A DNA stretch of 37,895 bases. Source: Candidatus Kuenenbacteria bacterium CG08_land_8_20_14_0_20_37_23 (lineage in GTDB: Bacteria > Patescibacteriota > Patescibacteriia > UBA2196 > GWA2-42-15). Under the pieces are notes generated by a model. The model was not told the DNA's origin. It saw nothing but the letters and a program-made list of their open reading frames with translations, and did not search any database. Shown here one piece after another: positions 1 to 9,586 of the stretch (its first letter is position 1; each line of letters opens with the position of its first letter). The stretch spans positions 1 to 37,895 of the forward strand of contig PEXX01000036.1 of NCBI GenBank assembly GCA_002778965.1, in the 5' to 3' direction. A program made the translations under genes and the position numbers.

Positions 1-743
1 TCTCAAAATCATTTCCTGCTAGGAACAGCGTAGAGAGCTTGAGTGTCCTTGATGATATTTCGCTTGAAGTGTTGGAGTCAGAATTTTTTTGTATCGTTGG
101 TCCCTCTGGCTGCGGTAAGAGCACGATAATCAATCTCGTTGCTGGTTTCTTTCCGGCAGATAATGGAAAAATCACCATTGATCACAAACCAGTTACTGCG
201 CCTGATTCATCAAGAACAGTTGTTTTTCAAGAATACGCACTTTTCCCTTGGAAAACAGTTTTTGAAAATATAGAATTTGGCTTGAAGTGCAAAAACGTTG
301 AAGATCGAGAGCGTCAACGTATTGTGCAAGAACTTCTCAAAAAAGTTAGGCTTGAAAAATTTACTGATAATTATCCTCACGAGTTGTCTGGAGGGATGAA
401 ACAGCGCGTTGCTTTAGCACGAGCCTTTGCGGTAAAACCAGACATCATTTTAATGGATGAGCCTTTCGCTTCGCTCGATCAACAAACACGGGACTTGCTC
501 CAGGAGGAGCTAATAAACTTTCAAGTCGAACTTAAACAAACTATTCTTTTTGTCACTCACAATGTAGAAGAAGCACTTTTTTTAGGAGACAGAATTTTAG
601 TATTGAGTCATCGTCCATCAAGAATTAAATCACTTGTTTCTGTACCATTTGACAAACCACGTTCTCCTGATATTCGAAACGAGAAACAATTTTTGGATTT
701 GAAGAATAAAATTTGGCACTCGCTACGCGAGGAAATAGTATAA
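1..743 (+). CDS. ABC transporter ATP-binding subunit, nitrate/sulfonate/taurine (SsuB/TauB-like); 5' end lies outside the window
   Basis: Walker A GPSGCGKST, signature LSGGMKQR, Walker B ILMDEPF, H-loop FVTH. The frame is open from position 3, so the TTG at 39 is probably not the real start. Confidence 0.93.
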   Translation, partial: SKSFPARNSVESLSVLDDISLEVLESEFFCIVGPSGCGKSTIINLVAGFFPADNGKITIDHKPVTAPDSSRTVVFQEYALFPWKTVFENIEFGLKCKNVEDRERQRIVQELLKKVRLEKFTDNYPHELSGGMKQRVALARAFAVKPDIILMDEPFASLDQQTRDLLQEELINFQVELKQTILFVTHNVEEALFLGDRILVLSHRPSRIKSLVSVPFDKPRSPDIRNEKQFLDLKNKIWHSLREEIV

Positions 744-744
744 A

Positions 745-1108
745 CGCCTGCCAAAAACGAAAGCGAGGACTGCGCGGAATTCCCCCCTTCCGCGCCGTCC
801 GAGTCCGAATTGAAGCCCCGCCACTGCCTCGCTCCGCTCGGCAACCCCGAAGAAAAATGTTCCTTGCTTTTCAGATTTGCGCGCGCCCGATTTTTTCTGA
901 AAAAGGAAAGGACATTTTTTCTTTTGGGTTCTGCCCTGAATACTTCGGGCAGTGTGGCGGGGCGAAATGCGGACTTGGTTTTGCCAAAACTATTTTCTGG
1001 GGGAAAGAATTTCGCAAAACCTCGGCTGATGTTTGTTTGCGGGGCGGGAAGAAAAAGGGGTCCGGGGAAAATGAATTCCCGCTCCGCCCTCGCTTCGGCT
1101 GGCGGCGG
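745..1108 (+). ncRNA. Large GC-rich structured non-coding element (candidate ncRNA or foldback/MITE-like element)
   Basis: Nested inverted repeats: 761-782 with 1073-1095, 799-807 with 970-978, 815-828 with 948-963, 840-865 with 908-935, 867-875 with 896-905, 977-984 with 1014-1021. The G-U wobbles seen fall on the + strand. Confidence 0.6.
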
Positions 1109-1143
1109 AAAAACTCAAAGAGAAACTAAAAATTTGTTTAAGT

Positions 1144-1791
1144 CTAAAGTAGTAACCGATTGAACTGTATCATATAGCCGAGTCCAGATTGTGCACCGAC
1201 AAGTTCGGCGGTAATGACAACAATCCAGCCAACCCCAAGACCGATTTTCAAACCAGCAAAAATATGAGGTAAGGAGCTCGGGATAAGAATGTCGGTCAAA
1301 AATCTTTTCTTGTTTGAACCTAGGCTAAGAGCGACCCTTTTGTGAATTTCTTCCACAGCCATTACACCAAAAAGTGTATTAGTGAAAATCGGAAAGAATG
1401 CACCTAAAAAAACCAAAAAATATGCAGGAGCATCACCAAGACCAAACCAAAGAATTGCAAGAGGAATCCATGCGATTGGAGGAATCGGACGAAGTAATTC
1501 TATGATTGGGATAAAAAATGGTGTAATTTTTTGATTAGAGCCCAAAAGTAAACCAAGCCCTATTCCTAGCACTGAGGCAAAAAGAAAACCAATAAGAACT
1601 CGTTGCAAGCTTGCAAAAATATCAGAGATTAAAGAACCCGTACCGAACAGATCAATGAATGCATTTGCAACATTTAGAGGGCTTGGTAAAAGTTGTGTAT
1701 TTATAAATTCTAGAGACGCTGTTATTTGCCAAACAAAAATCAGAAAAACAATAGGAATAATTGCTTGCATTGTGTGTCTCAATATTTTCAT
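1144..1791 (-). pseudogene. ABC permease (SsuC/TauC-like), C-terminally truncated
   Basis: LRPIPPIAWIPL and EAA-like loop motifs. It ends at ...GLGYMIQFNRLLL* without the final transmembrane helix normally found after the AELVGAQSGLGY motif. Confidence 0.75.
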
Positions 1792-1793
1792 AG

Positions 1794-2840
1794 CTATTTA
1801 GATTGAACATCATTTATATTGAAATCAGAAATGTTTTTCTGTGCATCTCCCAAAATTGACTGATTAATTTCTTTACGGATATTGAAAGAATCTTTGAGAA
1901 ATCCATTTTTTACTGCTTCATCCATAATCTTCTCTAAATTAGCAATTCGTTCCTCATTCAATGAGATATTTATATCTGCAATTGATGAAGACTTAAGATT
2001 TTGCTCAAGAGAAGCTGCTCGGTCGAGAACTTCATTAGGTATGTTGGTTTTCGCTTCTTGAACAAACCAGTCATTCGCCAATTGTTGGTTTTTTGCGTAA
2101 AAGTAATAACCCTGAAGAAATGATCTGATGAAATCTTCAGCCGCTTCTGGATGAGATATGATAAAATCATTGGACATAACCACAAACGCTTGTGGCGTGA
2201 CCAGTTTTAGAATTCTCGCCTTGCCCGCAGCTTCTTGTAGCCCAATAGTTGGATCCCAACTAATGAACCCTGCTACATCACCCCAGCTTTCCGCCGTTCC
2301 TTTTTGTATCACACTCGACTGCTCTAAAATATCAAGATTCTGTAACTGAAAATCTTTTTGGGCATCAAATCCTTGTTCCTTCAAAAATGCGGTAACATGC
2401 AAGTGAGTGCCCGAACCATAAGGTCCCGGTATTTTTTTGCCTTTCAAATCAGCAACAGATTGATGGGAAGAATTTTTAGGAACAATAATTCCACCACGAA
2501 AATCTATAAGTCTGCTTACTATGGTCCATTTATCACTTTTTGATAAAAGATTGATTGCTGGAAAATCGGCAGTAAAAATTACATCAACATCACCTGCGAG
2601 AGCGGCTTCATTAAGAGGTCCGCCATAGCTAAAACTCTTAAATTCTCCACGAAGGCCGTTCGTTTCCAAAATATCAGTGTGTTTTAGCACTTGTGCTAAT
2701 TGTGCTTGAGGAACCCAGCCTATCTGCCATCCAATTCGAATCGTAGTCAATTCGCTTGGCTGGTTATCTTTTTTGAACACCAAGAAACCAACCCCCAGCA
2801 AAATGACAATGACTATTATCGTGATTAGTTGCTTATTCAT
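1794..2840 (-). CDS. ABC substrate-binding protein, SsuA/TauA/NMT1-like, N-terminal membrane anchor
   Basis: GGPLNEAALAGDVD and SVADLKGKKI motifs; lies directly upstream of the permease. Confidence 0.88.
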   Translation of the reverse strand: MNKQLITIIVIVILLGVGFLVFKKDNQPSELTTIRIGWQIGWVPQAQLAQVLKHTDILETNGLRGEFKSFSYGGPLNEAALAGDVDVIFTADFPAINLLSKSDKWTIVSRLIDFRGGIIVPKNSSHQSVADLKGKKIPGPYGSGTHLHVTAFLKEQGFDAQKDFQLQNLDILEQSSVIQKGTAESWGDVAGFISWDPTIGLQEAAGKARILKLVTPQAFVVMSNDFIISHPEAAEDFIRSFLQGYYFYAKNQQLANDWFVQEAKTNIPNEVLDRAASLEQNLKSSSIADINISLNEERIANLEKIMDEAVKNGFLKDSFNIRKEINQSILGDAQKNISDFNINDVQSK

Positions 2841-2886
2841 ATGTAATATAAGCTTATCAAAAATTCCTTAAGTCGTAAAGACACTC

Positions 2887-2919
2887 CAAAAATACAGCTA
2901 TTAAATAGCGGTATTTTTG
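2887..2919 (-). terminator. Intrinsic terminator-like hairpin downstream of the sugar transferase gene
   Basis: CAAAAATAC-A-GCTAT-taa-ATAGC-G-GTATTTTTG inverted repeat about 30 nt after the stop codon. Confidence 0.5.
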
Positions 2920-2949
2920 TATTATTATTGGCTTGTTTATTTGTCAATA

Positions 2950-4329
2950 TTACTGTCCTTTTCCAGAAAGCACTATTTTAACTGTTTTTAAAAGTATGGA
3001 CAGGTCAACTATAAATGATCTGTTCTTGATGTAATACAAATCATACTGCAATTTTTCCAAAGCATCTTCCTCTGAAGATCCGTATGGAAAATTGATTTGC
3101 GCCCAGCCGGTTATACCTGGTTTTATCAAAAGTCTGGTTTCATAAAATGGAATTTTTTCTTTCAGTTTTTCTATAAATTCCGGCCTTTCTGGCCTTGGAC
3201 CCACAAAGCTCATTTCTCCACGCAAAACATTTATTAGCTGCGGTATTTCATCAATTCTTGTTTTGCGCAGAAATTTGCCCACGATTGTTATTCTTGGATC
3301 TGATATTTGCGCCCATTGCGGGCCGTTTTTTTCCGCATTATTATACATTGTTCTGAATTTTACGGCCATAAATTTTTTGCCGTTTTTGCCAGTGCGCTGT
3401 TGCATAAAAAAACCAGGACCATTGCTACTTATTTTTATAGCAAGATAGACCAATGGAACAAACAACGCGGTCAATAAAAGTAACATGCCTGACAAAAAAA
3501 TATCCATTACTCGTTTAATAGCTTCATACGCCTGCTTTGCCCCTTCGCGCACATTTTCCAAAAACCACATTTGTCCGATGATATTTATTAAGACTTTGCC
3601 TGTAAATTTTTCAGCGAATGAAGGCAAGTCTAAAATATTTATTTGCAGATCAAGAGATTTATACAACTCATTTATAATTCGCGGGGCATCAGCAGTTTCA
3701 GCCGTTATCACAACCGTTTTAATTTTATGCAGATCAATATATTCCCTTATTTTATCCTCATTGGAAATCACGTCAATCTCTCCTGGTTTAAAACAAGTCA
3801 GATCAATTTGGCTTAGTTGAATAATTCCTGAAACAAAAAAACCAATTTGCGGTTTCTGATTTATATTTCTTACTAATTCTAAGGTTTCCTTTGAAAGACC
3901 CACAAAAATTATTTTCTCAATGAATTTTTTGGATAAAATCAATCTATTATAAATATGGCGCCACAGAGAAACAAATATTCCAAAAAATAAAATATTTATG
4001 ATTAAAATTGTTTTAGGCGAAATTCCGGCCGTTGCTAAATAAAAGAAAATAAAACCCAGTACTATACACCATATCAAACTATTGATTAATAATGCGTAAA
4101 AACGCATATCATTTTTTGCAACGGGCAGATCATATAATTTATTGATGAAAAAAATTATCAGCCATATTGAAAAAATCACGGTAAAAGGAGGCAGGTGTTT
4201 ATTCCATAACTCCATACTAACCGGGCGCCAATATCTCGCTAGCAAGGTCAGCCATAATGAAAAATAAAGAATTGCCACATCTCCAGTAAATAGAACCAAA
4301 CGTTTAATTTTTGGGATAATGTTGAACAT
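2950..4329 (-). CDS. Polyprenyl-phosphate glycosylphosphotransferase (WcaJ/WbaP-like initiating sugar transferase)
   Basis: N-terminal TM helices and a C-terminal Bac_transf domain (KFRTM, DPRIT, RIDEIPQL, GEMSFVGPRPE, KPGITGWAQ). ATG 4329 is preferred because the TTG at 4341 overlaps the predicted -10. Confidence 0.93.
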   Translation of the reverse strand: MFNIIPKIKRLVLFTGDVAILYFSLWLTLLARYWRPVSMELWNKHLPPFTVIFSIWLIIFFINKLYDLPVAKNDMRFYALLINSLIWCIVLGFIFFYLATAGISPKTILIINILFFGIFVSLWRHIYNRLILSKKFIEKIIFVGLSKETLELVRNINQKPQIGFFVSGIIQLSQIDLTCFKPGEIDVISNEDKIREYIDLHKIKTVVITAETADAPRIINELYKSLDLQINILDLPSFAEKFTGKVLINIIGQMWFLENVREGAKQAYEAIKRVMDIFLSGMLLLLTALFVPLVYLAIKISSNGPGFFMQQRTGKNGKKFMAVKFRTMYNNAEKNGPQWAQISDPRITIVGKFLRKTRIDEIPQLINVLRGEMSFVGPRPERPEFIEKLKEKIPFYETRLLIKPGITGWAQINFPYGSSEEDALEKLQYDLYYIKNRSFIVDLSILLKTVKIVLSGKGQ

Positions 4330-4340
4330 AAATTGTTTCA

Positions 4341-4369
4341 AGTGTATTCAATTTTTGTTAAAAAGTCAA
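4341..4369 (-). promoter_or_regulatory. Sigma70-type promoter for the sugar transferase
   Basis: TTGACT-N17-TACACT on the minus strand. Confidence 0.5.
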
Positions 4370-4455
4370 ATTTTGGCGTAATTTTATAATTGTCTCATTT
4401 TTTAATTTGCTGATTTAGCTGTAGCGCATGTATATGCGCAAATAGTTGCCTGCGC

Positions 4456-4484
4456 TTGCTGAATTTTTTGTTATATTATAAAAT
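4456..4484 (+). promoter_or_regulatory. Sigma70-type promoter, probably giving a leaderless transcript
   Basis: TTGCTG-N17-TAAAAT, with the ATG 7 nt after the -10. Confidence 0.4.
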
Positions 4485-4491
4485 AAACTTA

Positions 4492-6702
4492 ATGACTAAC
4501 TGTGAAAATACAACAACAAAATACCTCAAATATGCTGTTTGGGGATGTTTATATTTAGTTTTGATTACGCCTCTTCTTGTCAGTTCAAAATTTATTTTTC
4601 CTTTTATAACCCTAAAGGTAATCTACTTCAGAATAGTCGTTGAAATAGCCATCTTTTTTTACCTTATACTCGCTTTGGCTAATCCGTATTTCAAGCCGAA
4701 ATTCAATAAACTAATATGGCTTATATTTTGCTTTGGCCTAATTGTTTTTTTGACAGGGCTTTTAGGCGTCAACCCGTATAAGAGTTTTTGGGGAACAATA
4801 GAAAGAGGGGAGGGATTTTTAACCATTGCGCATTTAATCGCCTATTTTTTTATTTTAGCTCAAGTTGTAAAAACTAAGCGCGATTGGCTCAATTTTTTAA
4901 GCGCCCATGTAATCACCAGTTTTCTAGTTTGCATCTATGCCATAGCCCAGCGCTTTGGCGCGAGTTGGGCGATCCACTCCGGTGAAGATAGGCTTTCTTC
5001 AACGCTTGGCAACGCTGCATATCTTGGCGGATATATGCTCGGTAATTTTTGGTTCTGTCTGCTTTTGTTTTTTGAGAAAAAAAAATATTTGTGGAAAATA
5101 TTTTTTGCTCTAGTTGGGATATTCCAAGTATATATACTTTTCCAAACTCAAACTCGCGGAGCTATGCTCGCTTTTATTTTAAGTCTTTTTTTATTTTCAA
5201 TAATCGGTCTTTTTTTTATTAAAAATCGTTCTGTCAAAATAACATCATTAATTATTTTCGCGTTGCTCCTCTTTGCCGGCAGTTTTAGTTTTATGAATCA
5301 CGCTAAGCCGTGGATCAGCGAAAGAGGCCCTATTCACCGCCTTTTAAATATATCTACCAATAGTATTACGGTTGAATCGCGTCTTTTGGCATGGGACTCT
5401 TCCTGGCAAGGTTGGCAAGATCGATTTTTATTTGGTTATGGATGGGAAAACTATAATGTCGCCTTTAATAAATATTTTCATCCGGAAATATACCGCGATG
5501 CTGGATCACAAGTCTGGTTTGATCGCGCTCATAACACAATTTTTGATATTGCTGTAGCGACCGGAATTATCGGCTTAATAATTTATCTCACAATTTTTTT
5601 CTGCGCTTTTGTTATTCTTTTCAAAAAAATACGCGACCAGCAAAATATTTTTTTGAGCCTTGTCCTTTGTATGTTTCTCATAGCGCATTTTTTGCAAAAT
5701 ATATTTGTTTTTGATTCAATTCCAACATATATTATGCTTTTTTCCGCTTTTGGAATCATTGCTTATATAGGCAATGATCATCAAAATGAAACAAAAACAG
5801 AGATAAAACCAATTAATCTTTATGCTATTGTTTTTGGATTTGTCGCGTTAATAATAGCTGTTTTTTCTTTTAACATCAATCCAGCGCAAGCCAATCAAGC
5901 AGGCCTTGATGCAATGAAGCTGTTTTATACCGGCAATGTCGTTGCTGCCGTCAATGGTTTTGACCGGGCCATTCAGATGGCTACATATCAAACACCTGAA
6001 TTGCGGCAGAAGCTAGCAGAAAGTATTATTTCGCACTATAATACCGGCTCTAATTTAAAAACGGACGAGGACGAAGCAATCACGCATAAAGCAATTATTG
6101 AAATTAAAAATAATATCCAAGAAGACCCGTTGGAAGCAAGAAACTATCTATATATAATGTCACTTTATAATAGTTTATATTCAAAAGACAAGGAAAAATT
6201 GATGCAGGCAATAAATTATGGCAAAAAAGCAAAAACCCTGTCTCCGACAAGACAGCAAATTTATTTTGAATTAGGACGCGCGGCGCTCGGTCTTGGGATG
6301 ATCCAAGACGGTCTTTACTATTTCAAGAAAGCGGTTGATCTAAATCCGTCTGCGATTGATTCTTATTGGAATCTTTTGTCAGCCTATGCTATTACTGGCC
6401 AAAATGACCAGGCAGAAGCTACGCTTGCAATAATTACGAAAAAAGGAGCCGGTGAATCTAAAAAAGATTTGAAAAGATTGTTAAATATCTACGCTTCTAT
6501 CAAGTCTTTTCAAAAAATGAAAGAAATCTATGAAAAGCTTATTGTTTTAGATCCATTAAATATTGATTATCGCTTTAAACTTGCAGCCGTTTATAAAGCG
6601 CTCGGGGATGTGTCAACAGCCAGATCAACAGCATTGACTATCAAAGAAATAAAGCCGGAAGCCGTTGTTGAAGTTGATAAATTTTTAGAAACATTGGAAT
6701 AA
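4492..6702 (+). CDS. O-antigen ligase family (Wzy_C) membrane protein with C-terminal TPR repeats
   Basis: About 12 TM helices with RLSSTLGN, TQTRGA, GYGWENY and DRAHN motifs; TPR-like C-terminus (FKKAVDLNP, LIVLDP). Confidence 0.85.
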   Translation: MTNCENTTTKYLKYAVWGCLYLVLITPLLVSSKFIFPFITLKVIYFRIVVEIAIFFYLILALANPYFKPKFNKLIWLIFCFGLIVFLTGLLGVNPYKSFWGTIERGEGFLTIAHLIAYFFILAQVVKTKRDWLNFLSAHVITSFLVCIYAIAQRFGASWAIHSGEDRLSSTLGNAAYLGGYMLGNFWFCLLLFFEKKKYLWKIFFALVGIFQVYILFQTQTRGAMLAFILSLFLFSIIGLFFIKNRSVKITSLIIFALLLFAGSFSFMNHAKPWISERGPIHRLLNISTNSITVESRLLAWDSSWQGWQDRFLFGYGWENYNVAFNKYFHPEIYRDAGSQVWFDRAHNTIFDIAVATGIIGLIIYLTIFFCAFVILFKKIRDQQNIFLSLVLCMFLIAHFLQNIFVFDSIPTYIMLFSAFGIIAYIGNDHQNETKTEIKPINLYAIVFGFVALIIAVFSFNINPAQANQAGLDAMKLFYTGNVVAAVNGFDRAIQMATYQTPELRQKLAESIISHYNTGSNLKTDEDEAITHKAIIEIKNNIQEDPLEARNYLYIMSLYNSLYSKDKEKLMQAINYGKKAKTLSPTRQQIYFELGRAALGLGMIQDGLYYFKKAVDLNPSAIDSYWNLLSAYAITGQNDQAEATLAIITKKGAGESKKDLKRLLNIYASIKSFQKMKEIYEKLIVLDPLNIDYRFKLAAVYKALGDVSTARSTALTIKEIKPEAVVEVDKFLETLE

Positions 6703-6743
6703 ATGTCCAACGCATCAAATGCTGATAAAATTTTTCTATTTTT

Positions 6744-8948
6744 ATGCTTAAAAAGATATTACTCATAACAATCGTTTCCGTTTTGCTCCTTATAAGAGGA
6801 TCTTTTAGGAATGCTCAAAAAATAGATGCTGAAGAAAACATATTGGCAGAACATATTTCTAACGAAGTCATCATTAAACTAAAAAATTCAGACAAAATAT
6901 ATTTACTGAAAACCACTTACGGCTTGCATGAAGTTATTGAAGTCAACCAGAGGAATCAAACGATAGAATATATTGAACCAAACTATCTTTATCGTGCGGC
7001 GATAGAGCCGCATGACCCTTTCTATACGCAGGAGTTGCATCTTTCCAGTACACGGGCGAATCTTGCATGGAATTATACGACCGGAAGCAAAGATTACACT
7101 ATTGCGATTATTGATACTGGAGTTGATATTGATCATGAAGATTTAAAAAATAACATCTGGCGCAATGTAGATGAGATTCAAGGAAACAGCATTGACGATG
7201 ACGGCAATGGTTTTATTGATGATGTAGTTGGTTGGGATTTTACATCAGAAAACCCTGACCCAAGGCCTAAATTCACAAATAATTACAGTTTTCTTGGTAT
7301 AAACCACGGCACAATCGTAGCTGGCATAGCAGCAGCCGAGGGAAATAACAGCATTGGCATAGTTGGTATAACTTGGCACGCTAGTATAATGTCTCTAAGG
7401 GTGCTGGATAGTTCTGGCACTGGCAATACTTTTGACGTTGCGAGAGCGATTGATTATGCAAGAGAAAACAATGCTCATATAATTAATCTTAGTTTTGTCG
7501 GTAGCGGTTATTCTGCGACATTGAATAAAGCCATAGAAAAAGCACATCAAGCGGGCATTTTAATCATAGCTGCTGCTGGCAATGAAGTTAACGAGGGAGT
7601 CAATATGAGCGATTCTCCTCAATATCCAGTGTGTCATGATGGATATAACGGCGACAATTGGGTTATTGGCGTGGCATCTCTTGATAATTCGGACAAACTG
7701 GCCAGTTTTTCAAATTATGGCGATTGTATTGACGTGGCAGCTCCTGGCGTTGGTCTTTTCAGCACTCTTTACCAAAATGAAAATTACAAAAAATTTAATC
7801 GAGCTTATGGCGGCTATTGGTCAGGTACGTCTGTATCAGCGCCACAAGTAGCCGGCTTAGCAGTTCTTTTAAAATCACTCAAGCCGATGCTTTCCGTTTT
7901 TGAGCTAAAAGATTTAATAATCAGTAATGCTGATAATGTTGAACATAAAAATTTTTTGTATCAAAACAAACTTGGCAGTGGAAAAATAAATATTTTGCAA
8001 TCAGTCATCGCTGCTCGAAAAATCACACCAAAAGCGGAATTATCTTTTGATAGAATAATTACCAGCCCTGACTCCAATGGTGGCCCGCACATTAAAATAT
8101 TTAAAGCCGATAAATTGGAAACTCAATTTTTTGCTTTTGAGGAAGATAAAATTTTTGGAGCCAATGTCGCTACTGTGGATATCAGTCAAGATGAGGTAGA
8201 AAATATTATAGTCAGCGCGGCCAAAGGTGAAAAGCCGTGGGTAAAAATTTTTGACATCTACGGCAATCAAAAAGCTAAATTTCTCGCTTTTGACGAAAAT
8301 TTTATTGGCGGAGTCAAAATTGCGGCCGGAGATGTTGATCATGACGGGGAAGACGAAATTGTCGCGGTGCCTGAAAGCGATTACGCCCCGATTGTTAAGA
8401 TATTTGCCTTAACAGGTTCATTGGAAAAAGAATTTTACGCTTTCAATAAATTTTTTACCAAAGGACTGAATATCGCTGTGGCTGATATAAATAATGACAA
8501 ATTTGATGAAATAATCATTACTCCAAGCCATGGCACATCGCCGATTATTAAATTTTTTAATTACGCGGGTTTGATAATCGGTCAATTTATGGCAAATGAC
8601 GCAAATTTTTTTAACGGCGTAAATATAGCTGTTGGAGATATCAATGGCGATAATCAACTGGAAATAATTACTGGTAATCGAGTAGGCGCTTCGCCTGAAG
8701 TTAAGATATTCAATGTTTCTGGGGTGATCTTGCGTAGATTTTTGGCCTATCATGAAAATTTTATCGGCGGAGTCAATGTGGCCGCTGGTGACATCAATGG
8801 CAACGGAATTGATGATATCGTCACAGGTGCCGGACCGGGCGGAGGTCCGCATGTAAGAATATTTACAGCTGACGGCCAAGTCATTACGCAATTTTTTGCC
8901 TATGATCAAAAATTCAGAGGGGGCGTAGCGGTTTCTGTAGAAAAATAA
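6744..8948 (+). CDS. S8 (subtilisin-like) serine protease with C-terminal FG-GAP-type repeats
   Basis: Catalytic triad IIDTG / HGTIVAG / GTSVSAP, oxyanion AAAGN, signal peptide, about five GD[IV]NxDxxDEI repeats. Confidence 0.93.
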   Translation: MLKKILLITIVSVLLLIRGSFRNAQKIDAEENILAEHISNEVIIKLKNSDKIYLLKTTYGLHEVIEVNQRNQTIEYIEPNYLYRAAIEPHDPFYTQELHLSSTRANLAWNYTTGSKDYTIAIIDTGVDIDHEDLKNNIWRNVDEIQGNSIDDDGNGFIDDVVGWDFTSENPDPRPKFTNNYSFLGINHGTIVAGIAAAEGNNSIGIVGITWHASIMSLRVLDSSGTGNTFDVARAIDYARENNAHIINLSFVGSGYSATLNKAIEKAHQAGILIIAAAGNEVNEGVNMSDSPQYPVCHDGYNGDNWVIGVASLDNSDKLASFSNYGDCIDVAAPGVGLFSTLYQNENYKKFNRAYGGYWSGTSVSAPQVAGLAVLLKSLKPMLSVFELKDLIISNADNVEHKNFLYQNKLGSGKINILQSVIAARKITPKAELSFDRIITSPDSNGGPHIKIFKADKLETQFFAFEEDKIFGANVATVDISQDEVENIIVSAAKGEKPWVKIFDIYGNQKAKFLAFDENFIGGVKIAAGDVDHDGEDEIVAVPESDYAPIVKIFALTGSLEKEFYAFNKFFTKGLNIAVADINNDKFDEIIITPSHGTSPIIKFFNYAGLIIGQFMANDANFFNGVNIAVGDINGDNQLEIITGNRVGASPEVKIFNVSGVILRRFLAYHENFIGGVNVAAGDINGNGIDDIVTGAGPGGGPHVRIFTADGQVITQFFAYDQKFRGGVAVSVEK

Positions 8949-9045
8949 TTCGGCCTTTATTATGCGTATCAAGCGCGCGTTTTTAAAATTCGCGTCAGAA
9001 AACCAGTTTTAATAACTGATAACCAGTAAATATATAAAAAATACA

Positions 9046-9546
9046 ATGATTAAAAAATTTTTTAATAAAATAATCGATAGATTCCGTTCCTTGCCATGTA
9101 TTAGAAAAAATCCTAGCGTTAAAGAAATCATTAAATACTCAATAGTTGGTAATTTCACGAGCATCCTGGATTTTGCCCTTTACATTTATCTGACTCGTTT
9201 TTTTCCATTTTGGAAGGAGCACTATTTGACGGCTAACTTTTTCGCAATATTGATAGATAGCGTCATTCGTTTTATTTTGCACAAAAAGTGGACATTCAGA
9301 AATGAAGGAAAAAATATCCATACGCAATATCTAAAATTCACCATAGTTTGCCTTTTGATCATGCTCACGGGTGAAGTTCTTCTCTATACAGCAGTTGAAT
9401 ATTTTGGTATTGGTGATGTTTTGGGTAAGCTTATTTCGTCTGTTATTATAACGATGTTTGCTTTCTTAAGCACTAAGTTGTGGGTCTTTGGACGCTCAAA
9501 AGAAAAACATATTGAAAAATATACTGGTCAAAATCTAAAAATTTGA
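9046..9546 (+). CDS. GtrA family membrane protein
   Basis: IIKYSIVG start motif, HKKWTFR and KLWVF motifs, four TM helices. Confidence 0.85.
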   Translation: MIKKFFNKIIDRFRSLPCIRKNPSVKEIIKYSIVGNFTSILDFALYIYLTRFFPFWKEHYLTANFFAILIDSVIRFILHKKWTFRNEGKNIHTQYLKFTIVCLLIMLTGEVLLYTAVEYFGIGDVLGKLISSVIITMFAFLSTKLWVFGRSKEKHIEKYTGQNLKI

Positions 9547-9586
9547 TATAATCAAATATAATCAACTAATATAAGAATTTTAATAT

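Noticed and set aside
608..1163. ORFs 608-844(-), 713-1129(+) and 810-1163(+)
   Set aside because: Atypical R/G/F/P-rich composition, mutually overlapping, and better explained by the GC-rich base-paired element.
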